NCBI GenBank assembly: GCA_044892505.1
Contig: CM097882.1
Coordinates: forward strand, 524,716,146 to 524,770,000
Source: Schmidtea nova
Taxonomy: Eukaryota
Length of the DNA: 53,855 nt
Reading direction: 5' to 3'
In this document: positions 24,207 to 36,000 of the stretch, in pieces
How positions within the stretch are numbered: position 1 is the stretch's first letter
How the letters are laid out: the number at the start of each line of letters is the position of its first letter
The notes under the pieces: generated by a model
What the model saw: the letters and a program-made list of their open reading frames with translations, nothing else
The model's database searches: none
What the model was told of the DNA's origin: nothing
Program-made: the position numbers and the translations under genes

Positions 24207-25138
24207 CGTGGTGCGCCCAATAAGTCGTGAGACTAAAATAGAAAGACTTAAGATATCAACACAAAACTTTGTATTTAGAACAAGCATGGTAAATAGGCAT
24301 CATTTCTCAAAATAATTTCCTTCTGCACTGACACAATTTTCCCAGTGAATAATGAGGTTTTTGAAGGCGTTTTTGAAAGATTCTGGAGGCTTTTCTCCCA
24401 GAAAACTCTCCACGACTGCTCTCAAATCATGTTTGTTGGCAAACACCTGGCCCCGCAGATGCTTCTTGAGATGGTTAAACAGGAAAAAATCGGAGGGAGC
24501 CAAATCGAGGCTGTATGGTGGATAGGGAAGCAAATTAATCCCGCAACGCTCAATTTTGGCCATGGAAACGCTACTGGTATGGATGGGAGCATTATCGTGT
24601 AAAAAATAGAGATCACACACCCTGCTCTTGCGTCGTGCCGTCCCTGCTTGCTGCACGATGTTGGAGAGTATGCACAGTGCCTTTGCTCACATTTAGACGG
24701 GTTTTGAGCTCTCTCGTCGTTATTTTTCTCTCGTTTTGCACGATTGTCTGCAGCTTTTGCGTTATTTTTTCTTCAATTACTGAGGGTCTTCCAGATCTTT
24801 CTTCGTCTACCACGGAGGTTCTACCACTCTGAAAGTAATTGAACCAACGATAAATTGTTGCTGTGGGTGAGCACTCTTGTTGGTAAACAGCTTTTAGTTC
24901 AGAAAGAACCTCTTCTCTATTTTTCCTTTCAGAAAGAGAAAGCGAATAACGCTACGGTATTGAATAGTTTCCAGAGGCATTTTTCGAATGTTCGCAAAAA
25001 TATACTTAAGCAATAATGGATTATTAAAACAAAATACATTTTCTCTACCTATATATGTTGAAGTTTAAATATGTCTGTATCAATATTTTTACAATTATTA
25101 TTTCTATATTAGTCTCACGACTTAGTGGGCGCACCACG
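24207..25138 (-). mobile_element. Internally deleted mariner (932 bp)
   Basis: 30-bp TIRs CGTGGTGCGCCCAATAAGTCGTGAGACTAA with one mismatch, TA flanks. The N-terminal HTH region is joined near 24655 directly to HDNAP..PYSLDLAPSDF. Confidence 0.92.
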
Positions 25139-27435
25139 TATACTGAAAACTGCATTTGTGTGATTTTCCTACTCTTAGACACAATTTCTTTCAATTTTAC
25201 AAAGTTTTCTTAATCAATCTCTACAAATATTTCACGTTTTTGACTGTCAAAACACTTGTTCTGCTGGACAAAAACTCTCGGATTAGGTTATATATTGTGA
25301 CTCTTGAAAAAGTATGTCTTCAATCTTTTCACTAATTTCTTTCTTTTCTGCTTTATTTAAAAATTAAAAATTGATTCACGTATTCCATTGCATCAGACAT
25401 TCTTTTAAAAATCTCCGAATGACTAAAATTAAATATTAATACATAAAAGAATTATAGATTTATATCTTTTTAAATGTCTTATTTCAAATATAAAACATTT
25501 TTTGCTAACTTTATTTCTTTGCGAGCCTAAGCACTTTTTGACCTTATCACTTACAAGTATAATTGGAATTTTTTATATTTTTATCATGGTTATTAAATAG
25601 TGAAATGTGCGTTATTTGGCTAACAAAGAAATTACTTATCCCTGAAGCAATGAGTCATCATTATGAATCATTGATCTGACATAAAAGGAGTCAGGTTACA
25701 AGTTGATGCATCATACTCTTTGGTATAACTAATAACCTTTGTTCTACAGAGGTTCAAAAGGGTTATGTCAAAATGTCCATGAGTCATCATTATTGAAATA
25801 AATACTTATTAAAAATTTTCCAAGTCGAAACAAAGACCCGGCTCAACAGCTTTAACTAAAGGTCTTACGAAAAAGATCTATAGTGTTTTGGAATTCTAAT
25901 ACTTATTACAGAAAAATGTTTTGCAGGTTGCTTTCGGTGGCCTTAAATGGGTCCTTTTTTAAAATCGTTGTTTTGGCGCCATATATTTTAAATATTTAGT
26001 AAGTTTAAACAAAGAACTTTTTTCAAATTTTTTTCTAAGTCAGAACTAAGATCCTCTAACAAAGTGATTTTTAATTTTTAATTTTTAAATCAGAGACACC
26101 TCTAAATAAAGAACCTTTCCAAGTTTTTCCAATTCCGTTTAACAAAGAAATTTTTCGTAAACTTTTTCGAAGTCATGGCAAAGACAGCATGAAGCAAATG
26201 TCATATTAAAATTATTTTTAGTGTTTTGGAATAATGAAAAACCCTTTAGACTTTTATCTCTAAAAGTATTTTTTGATAATATCATTGCTTTGGCCGCAAA
26301 TTGGTTTTGAAGTCTTAGTTAACAATGCAATAGTATTTCACATGTATTGCACTTGGATTTAGATTAATAAAAAAAGATACAATATTACATTTATTTCTAG
26401 CTATTACAAATTGACATCAATAAATATATTTGCACGAACAAAAGTTCTTATTGGTGAATATTATTTGCATCAACCTTGAACCCTCGGATATTAATGGTTA
26501 AATACCATGATTCTTTTTTTAACTTCATCTCTCAGAATGTATCTCAGTATGCTACATAGTGTTCATCGAAAAATACATGAGAGTCAACTGGATATTTTGA
26601 TTGATTTTGTTTTATGCTCTTTTTTGAATGATTGTCATTATTTTCATTCTTCACTATATTACAAAGTTCGCATTCCATCTTTTCATCATCACTCACTTCG
26701 TTAATATTTAATGCATGTTCTGATATTTGAAGGACCTTTTACTTAAAACAAAAAAAATAATTCTTTAAGAAAACAAATTTTATAATAACAATCTAGCGGA
26801 TGAGCCTCCGGCCGATCTCTAACATCCTCGTGAATATGAGGCTAGATTTCGATATCGGGTTGACAGTTCGTTGGATAGTTCGGGAAAATCAACACCAAAC
26901 TTGTGAGCCAACACTGATTACCTGCATCGCAACAAGCTTTTTGTAATAAATTCTTAAAATTTTCGGAAAGAATTTCGATTATTCGCAAAAATTTCTCAAA
27001 TTTTCAAGAGTGTTTTAAAATACTGAAAATGGCATCTCTATTTATACCATTTTCAGAACATTTAATTTAATTGATGTAGTAAAACAAATGCTTCTAGAAT
27101 GTTCTTTTTATTTTATTTAATTTAATTTAAAAGTTAAATATTTATTTTTAGTAAAATAAGTTTATTTATGCATACAATTTTATTCTTTTCTTTAATAAAT
27201 TTTATTTTTATCCGAATTTTATATTTTACATAAATTTTAACTACTTTAATTTTAATTTTTACAATTTACCTTTACATTTTTTAAATTTATCTTAATTAAA
27301 TAATTAAAAATATCTGAATTTATAAATTTACTTAATTCTTTAATGAGTTTTTTTGGTAATTTGTTTTGTTTGTGATTTTCGCGGATGCTTCTTGCATTTG
27401 TTCAATTTGAATTTTTACTTTTGTTTTAATTAATT

Positions 27436-27536
27436 TTTTCTTGTGTGTTTCTAATTATTTTTGATTATTTGGTCAGCTCAGATATATTTTCTTGTGTGTT
27501 TCTAATTATTTTTGATTATTTGGTCAGCTCAGATAT
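27436..27536. repeat. Tandem duplication 2 x 51 bp
   Basis: TTTTCTTGTGTGTTTCTAATT..GGTCAGCTCAGATAT occurs twice. Confidence 0.85.
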
Positions 27537-28663
27537 TTGTTTATACTTCTTGCGTGGTCTCTACATATTATGTCCACTCTCGCTTCCAAATTAATGGGAT
27601 TCAGCTTTTGCCCAACAGTATGTTTGACTCAGAAATTTACTAAGTATTTTTCGTATGTCATTTATATAACTGGTTAATAAAAAAAATTTCATGACCTTCC
27701 TTTAGTAAAATTTGAAAAATTTTCCCAAAATTTTTCTTATTATAATTGGCAAGAATAAACTTTATTCCAATATCTTTTTTCGTGACCATCTTTTTGTAAA
27801 TTTTCAAAAATTTATCTTTGCACTTTTTTTTAATTTTAGCTTATACTTGATCGGAATTTTACTTATCGCTTTATGATTTATATTTATTTAACTTCACGTT
27901 AATATTTATGTTTTAAATCCCAATAAAAATTTATTGAAAATTTTGCCAAAGTTTGAATTAAGCATAAATCTTATTCCAATAAACAAACAATTACTGGCCT
28001 GACATGAATATCTCTGGTAACTAGAAAGTCGGTATCAAGTTTCTCCATGAAATCTCCACTAAGTCTGTACTCTATTTACTCTAGATACAAAAATGAGGAT
28101 GAAATCGATGGAAAGCACGGAAAAAATTACTTCCATTGAAATATTGAAATTGATAAATTTATTTTCGATTTTTCAAAATTTTGAAAATAAAACCGTCTAA
28201 TTGACAAAATTTCATCGATTGAAAAATATTTTAACTTTTTCTTGTTTTTTATGTTGTTTTTCAGAATTTTAAGAGTAATTACTTTTAGTGTTTTCCTCTT
28301 TCATCATTTCAATTTTTTTATTTTTTCCAGTTGGAGGTCTTGCAAAATAATAGCTTGTTTTGGTCGGAAAAAAGTTAAATAATTCTTTAGCAATATTATC
28401 AGAATGCCATTAAAACATTAAGATTATACGGCATTTTAATAATAGTTTTTTCTGCATAATAATTTTAGACTTGGGTTTCTCAAATTAGGTACGAGTAGGT
28501 AGATGTGAGTTCCATAAATCACTTTCAATTATACCCCCCAGTTTTCGACAAGTTTCGCGCGTTTGATTGATAATTTATCGAAATAGTATTCATTTTAAAG
28601 TGCAAATATATTTCAAAAAGTGCTATTATTGATTTTAAAGTGCTAAAAATTGCTAAGAAGTAG

Positions 28664-29789
28664 TGTTGGATGATGAAGGTAAGCCCATCAATACATTCCT
28701 CCTATCAGAAAATTATAGTGTGGGGGGCAACAAATACAGAGTGAACATTTATGCAGAGCCTGTCGATAAGACCAATATTCAAAAAGAAACAGAACCCAAT
28801 ATCAATCAGTACCCAGTGCACAATCAATCCAAGCACCAACCAGGATATCAACATCCATTTGATATTTGATTGACATTTGATATTTAATATTTGATCGACA
28901 TTTGATATTTAATATTTGATCGACATTTGATATTATTATTGGGAATGTTATTTCTTGTATATATTTCTAGTGTAAATATTTGACATTGGATATTATTATT
29001 TTAGTTGGGAATGCGATATATTAGTTTAGTTCTTTTAAATGTATAAAATTATTATTAATATTTATGTACTTTTTATTCTTTTAAATGTATATAATTTAAA
29101 AAATTATTATTAATATTTATGTACTTTTTAATGAAATATTTTATTATTTTAATTATACAGATATTAGAATCAACATAATTGTAGGAAATTATTTTAATTA
29201 TTTTGAAGCGGCAGCGAGTCAATATTAGAATCAACATAATTGTAGGAAATTATTTTAATTATTTTGAAGCGGCAGCGAGTCAACATTGTTCCAATAGCGA
29301 AATTATTTGAAATTATTTTAATTGTTGTAATTATTTCAACAACGAGTACGAAAAACTTTAGTATTTAAAGAAGGGAAAATTTCTAAAACTTGCCCACAAT
29401 TTTTGAAATTCAATTTCAATAAAATTTAGCGAAACAAACTTTCTCAAAGGGTAATCCTGAGAGAACTTAAAATATACGAACAGCACAAAAACGTTCAACA
29501 CGAAATTGTTATCGTTAAAATAAACATAATACATTCACTAAATAACAAGCACACAATAGGACACGCAAAAAATATCCTTTAAATAAAACAGTGTGAAAAT
29601 TTGAAAGCGTAATTGATAGTTTTTGATTTGAAAGTGTAATTGGTAACTTTTAGAGTAATTGAGAACTTTTGATTCTTAAATTTGGTAAATTTTATTATTG
29701 AATAAATTTTTCAAAAGACTTGATCTTATTTTTATATACGATAGTCTACACCAGTGCACGTTGAGATCTAAAAATCTTGGACCTCAACA
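28664..29789 (+). repeat. 5' LTR (1,126 bp)
   Basis: Direct repeat of 41513-42638. Internal 25-bp (28872-28934) and 2 x 61-bp (29161-29282) tandem repeats. Confidence 0.97.
29355..29425 (+). promoter_or_regulatory. Possible LTR TATA-like box and polyadenylation signal (U3/R region)
   Basis: TATTTAAA near 29362 and AATAAA near 29418; positional inference only. Confidence 0.3.
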
Positions 29790-29791
29790 TT

Positions 29792-29809
29792 TGGTGCCGC
29801 GAACCGGGA
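29792..29809 (+). promoter_or_regulatory. tRNA primer-binding site (best guess tRNA-Phe)
   Basis: TGGTGCCGCGAACCGGGA, 2 nt after the LTR. It begins with TGG (complement of CCA) and resembles invertebrate tRNA-Phe 3' ends. Confidence 0.8.
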
Positions 29810-30038
29810 CAATAAAATATCAGAATATCAATTGGGGGATAGGAATTGCGATCAGAGGGATATTGTAATATATATCGGGAAAATATATTTATCTAAATAT
29901 TATTGACCAAAACAGAAATTCAAAGATATACAAACATTTAAGGTTAACAATAACAAAATAGGTAAAAAGATAAAGAAAGTCATTATAGATAAGCCACCTG
30001 AAATATTGCACAAGTTGAGAAAAAAGATAATATACAAA

Positions 30039-33000
30039 ATGAGTAATAATAGTACAGGCAGCAGCAATAGTGGAAGTAACAGTAATACATACAACATAAG
30101 CAGCCATAATTTTATAAAAACATTACCAATAGAATCATATAAGGGAGACCCTGAAAAGTTCGACGACTTTTTTGCCGAAATCGCACAGTATGCAGAGGCT
30201 TGCGGATGGAAAACAAATGAATTAAAACAACGAATCCCATTATACTTAAAGGGATACGCATTACAGGCATACAATAATTTAGCATGTAAAGGCATTAATT
30301 ATCAAGAGTTAGTTACAAACCTTAGAAAAGAAATAGTAATAGATCGAGACTTACAAAAAATAAAATTTCAAAAATTTAGAAGTAGATACCAAGGAGCCAG
30401 AGAATCAGTAGGTGAATATATATACACGATAACAGAATTAGCAAAAAAGGCATTTGGTGCCGGAGATCACACTAGTAAATTAATTGAGGATCAGTTTTGG
30501 AACGGCATCCAAAAATACTTATACAAAGCATTAATTACAATTGAGTATGAAGACTTAAATGAGTTAGTTCAAAAGGCAAAACGCATTGAAGCAATACAAA
30601 GATATAGATTTAAACCAGAGGTAGATGCTGTAGAAGTTGAAAAACAACCCGAGGTAAAACCTGAGTTGAGAAATAAGGATGACAGTATTCCCTGGGAAGA
30701 AATGAAACAATTATACTTGAATTTTGTTAATAATAGAAGAAAATTTAGTCCTAATAGAAGCCAATCACCTGAAAACAGGGGAAGGTTTAATAGTCCAGGA
30801 AATAAAAATTTCGATAATAGAAATAGAAATAATTTTAAAGATAGCTATCAAAGAAACAATAATAGAGACAGTTTTAGAGACAATCGTTTTGATAGAGATA
30901 ATGATAGAGACAACAGAGATAATTTTAGAGATAGTCGTTCTGGTTATAACAGAAACAGTTACAGTGGATATAATAAAAATAATAGAGATAGTCGCTTCGA
31001 ATATAATAGAAGAGATAATAGATATAGAGATAATTCGAGAAATAGGCAAGATAGCCCAGTGAGGCGAAATACTTATAATAATGATGGTAGAGATAAAGTG
31101 AATTTTAATGGACAAATAAAATGTTATAATTGCCAAAAGTATGGCCACCTAGCAAAGGTATGTAATAAACCACGAGCAGATTCACCAATAAGAGTAAGAT
31201 TTAAAAATGAGCCTGAGATAAAACAAGTAAATAGTGCTGAGCTCGAATCAGCAAATAAAGAAATAAATATATTAAGAGAGGAACTAAAAGAATTTAAAAC
31301 TCAATATGGAAGACTTATTGAGAGAAAACTTGAAATGTCTATAAATGAATTTAGCACCTTTACAAATGAAGTAGATATTGATAATGATGAGTTAAAGGAA
31401 ATTAGAGAAGCAGATGAAATATTTCTTACAAAAGAAAATAGACAAAAAGAATTAATAGAGGAATTTAAAGAGGTATTGCATAAGCAACCGTTTGATGACA
31501 ATGAAACATTAAGAGTAATCAATAAAATACAGGTTAATGGGATTGATTTAGAGAGACTTAGAAATTTAATACCAATGATGGTAAAGAGACAAAATCTAAC
31601 GAGAGTATTTGAATTAGAAATAGAAATAAAGGAGATGCTGAAATGTTATGGAGAATATATAAGAAAAAATGAAAAATTGCATGAAACACTAAATGTAACG
31701 ATTGAATCAAATGATAATTATTTTTTTAGTATTAAACAAAAGATGCATCCTTGCACTAAAGTGAGCAAATTAAAACGAATGGTAAGAGCCAAATGGCCAG
31801 GAACCATAGGAGAGAAAGATGTAATAAAATTATATTTTAACGGAATAGAATTATTAAGTGATGAGTACTTAATCGATTATGGGATAAACCCAGTAAGTGA
31901 TAATATTGTGGTAGCCACAGTAGAAAAACAAATGATCAATGAAATAATGACGCCAGTACCGTCGGTTGAGTTGAGTATAAATGAAGAAAACGATTTTGAT
32001 AGATTATTTAGGCTATGGGATAAATCACCTAGCGAAACAAAGAAATCAGTAATGGATGAAGAAATTATATTTAAACCTATAGATGAAAAGTATAGTAACT
32101 TACAAGAAACAATAGAAAGAATAGCTGAGGAAGCAAAAACAAAAGATGCAGAAACATCAAAACGAGGTAGAGGAAGACCTCGAAAATCAGAAATAATAGA
32201 AAAATCGGAGAATAGGAAGACAGCAGAACGATTAAGAGAGATTGCAAATCAACATAAACATGAACAACCAGAGTATCAAGACGATAATAATGACGTAAAC
32301 AAAATAAAAGAAGTAATAAAAGCAATGAATATTAAGCTATTTCCAGAAACAAAGCCAACAGTACTTATTGAAAATATAACTGAAAGGATGATGTTAATTA
32401 AAAAGGATACTAAAGAACTAGCTACAGAGGAAGCAAATGAAAAAACAGTGTTAAAAATCATGTTTAATACAGGGATAGATAAAGATAAAATAATAACGGC
32501 CATGGCATACTTGGCCGCAAGATATAAAAAGCTCATAAAAGAAAATCCAAAAGAGCAATTAGAAAAAGTAGCAACAATGATGTTTAAAAGATTGAAAGTA
32601 GAGGCAATACCATGGATAAAAAAGAAAGGAGGATGGAAAGTATTATATGATAAAGATACGACGAATAAAGAGAGTGATACAGATGAGGTAATAAAACAAT
32701 TAATAAAGAAAGCAACAGTAAAACCAAAGACAGAGAGTAAATCGATAACCTCCATAGTAATAGTCATTATCACTTTGTTATTAGATTTAATCAAGGGAGG
32801 CAATGCAATGGTAGCATATGATTGTCAAAATCCAAAGTGGGGACAAAAATACTCACTGCTAGATGTTGAAAATTGCCCTGAAGCAAATCCAACTAAATTA
32901 ATCATGTCAGAGCCTCAAATATTCCATGTTTATCAAGAATCAGACTTTATTCATACAGAGGCCAAAGAGTGCATAGTAAAGTATCAGGAGGAAGCATATA

Positions 33001-36000
33001 TATGTCATGTTGGGGCAAGAACAGTGTTAAAACCTACGTGGACACCCGAAGCAGTAATATTGTCACCAATAGAGTGTGAAGATGCATTTAAAACAAAGAA
33101 AGTAAAATATAGCGGTCATAAAGGAATAGAATTAGAAGCAAGGATAGGGGCAAAAATGAGACAAGATGTAAATGTCGTGGGATGGACATCAAAAGGAGGA
33201 TATTGTGAAGGAGGAGAATATACAATATGGGGCGAAAAACTGAGTAATGTTGTAGTAAGGAGACACTACATGGTAGAACTGAGAAAGTTCAAAGCATCCT
33301 TCGACAGCAGCTCAAAGAAAATGATGATATACAAATTTTGTACATTAGAAGAATCTTATTGCGATACAGGAGAATCAATGCTAATATACAAAATAGATAA
33401 ATACGATTGTCAGTTAACAAAATTAAAATCATTAAAATTTAGGGAAATCAAAGGAAAACAGTTCACAGAAGTAGACTCAAAAAGGGTGAGAGATCAAAAA
33501 AGGAAAACAACAATTGTACAAGAAAAAGATACACCAACAATATATATGTCAGAATCTGAAAACGAAGCAATGAGGTTTGTTAGTAAAAGGAAAAGTGTAA
33601 AATGTGGTAAGGAAATAATACAAACTAATTATGAAGGGATATACATAAGCAAAGAGGAAGTCAAAGATGCAAAACAAAAAGTAAATAAATTCGACGTCAA
33701 ACTTGCATCATACTTCAACAATAAAATCGATTTTTTCTATCATAACCAACTAGTACAATTAGATAAAGTATATCAATCAACAATTATGAGCGATTGCAAA
33801 CTCAACAGAGAAATATTGAGGACAAAAATGGCAGTGGCGGTAACAAACCCAGATTTAATGGCACCAATAATCTTCTCAGAAGAAGGAACATTTGCAAGGA
33901 TAGTAGGAGAAGTGATACAGACATTTCAATGTAAACCTGTTAGTGTATCGTTAGCAACAAATAATCAGTGCACTAATGAATTACCGGTAATATATAAAGG
34001 AGAAAGGGTATACCTTCAACCAATTACTAGAATATTAACAGAAAAAACATATATACCGAGAAAAATAGAAAAATGCACTAACCTATTAGACCCATTATAC
34101 AAAATAAATGACGAAATGTGGATATCTATGTCAGATAGAAAAGAGGCAATGAAACCACTCAAATTAGAACTCATAGAGCTAGAAAAAAGATTAGAGTTTA
34201 AAGAAATCAACGATATGGACAGTAATGGTATATATACGAGAGAAGCTATAGAAAGTGCAAGAAAACACATGCTATTTCCAAACGAAAAAGAAAGAGTACT
34301 TTCAATAATGGTTAACAGAGTTATCGAAGGAAGTTACGGAGGAAATTACAACTTTGATGTGTTATTATCAAAAGAATACTTCAAAAAAGTAGCATATAAA
34401 GTACTATATAGCATATGGGGATACTTTGCAGTCCTTGGAAACATGTTTTCTACAATCTTAGGTATATATTATACGGTTGCATTACTAAAAATGATATGTT
34501 CTTCTCTAGTATCACTGAGACAGCTAAAACAAGTATTTGGAAATTCATATAAATTATTAGCATGTTTGTGCCCATTTATAGCTAAATATCTTATTACGGC
34601 GAAACACGACAAGGAAATACGTTTAATAAAAGTCCAAAGGAATGAAGAAAGGCAATTACTGGTAGATGATGAAAACGATGAGGAAATAATTAAAGCGCAT
34701 ATATCACATGAAGGAAATGTACCACAACAAGGACTATATGAGAACCAAAGAGAACAACTAAAAGAGCTACAAGAAAATATAGAAATCAAAATTCCTAGAG
34801 AAAACAAGAATTGTCACTGTGAACCTAAAAAGATATATGGTTGTTATAGCTTAGAAGTCGAAACAATGGAACGATTAGATGCAGCAAACGAAGCAAGACC
34901 AAGACTTAGAATAATTATAAACAATATAATCATAAATGCATTAGTAGATACAGGAGCAGCAACATCCTTAATTAGAGAAGATCAACTGACAGATGATCAA
35001 AAAAGAAATATTATGAGCACAACGGATAAAGTAGTATCGTTATCAGCACATCGTATTCCACTAAAGGGAGACATAGAACTAATAGTCGAAACACCAGAAC
35101 AGGTAATAAACCACATATTTAAAGTGGTGCAAGAATGTAATAGCATATGTATATTGGGAATCGATATACTCAACAAGTTAGAAAATTGCATTATAGATTT
35201 AACAGATAATACGATAAAGAGAAAAGCAATTAAACATAAATCCAAGTTCACAGAAGTTGTTGCATTAGAAGCATTTGAATTGGAATATGAATGCGATCAT
35301 ATAATTCCCTTAAAAGTTAACATCAAAAGTGAGGACACTTTTATTTTTGAGCCAGAAACGGCAATTATACAAAATCAGAATATAATGCTAACCAATGAAT
35401 GCGTAATTCCGAGAAAGGGAATAATACCATTGAGAATAGCAAATTATGAAAAAAGTAATGTTAAAATACACAAAGGTACGAAATTGGGAAAATTATTCAA
35501 AGGTGAATTAGAAAAAACGTACGAAGTCAGTGAAATAAGCGTGATGAATAATAACGGCAAGGGAGTAGTCGAACCTAGTAAGATAAATAATATAAAATCA
35601 TATGACAAAGTAAAAATTAATAATGAATACTTAACAATAACACAACAAGCACAACTACAAACATTGATAGATAAATATAGTGATGTTTTTGCAAAACACG
35701 AATTTGATCTAGGAGATACCGATATAATCAAACATGTAATAGATACAGGTAATGCGAGACCAATAAAACAAAGACCATACAGCGTACCATACAAGTTAAG
35801 AGAGGAAATAAAACGACAAATCAAAGAACTAAACGATGCAGGTGTAATAAAACAGAGTTTTTCACAGTGGGCATCACCCATTGTACCCGTTAAAAAGAAA
35901 GACGGAGAAATAAGAATGTGCATTGACTATCGTAAATTAAATGATGTAACAGTAAAAGACTCATACCCATTCCCAAAAGCACAAGAGCAATACGATAAAC

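Noticed and set aside
28663-28869. 68-aa ORF MLDDEG.. at the start of the 5' LTR
   Set aside because: It is the LTR copy of the ORF2 C-terminus, starts at a GTG partly formed by the TSD, and is not an independent gene.
33478-33600. Basic clusters in the glycoprotein (KRVRDQKRK, KRKS) as a furin site
   Set aside because: There is no clean R-x-K/R-R motif, and class III-like fusogens need not be cleaved.
35250-35510. Beta-rich segment after the protease considered as a captured dUTPase
   Set aside because: dUTPase catalytic motifs are not recognisable, and a similar linker (..IANY..VKIHKGTKLG) is common in ordinary Ty3/gypsy Pol.
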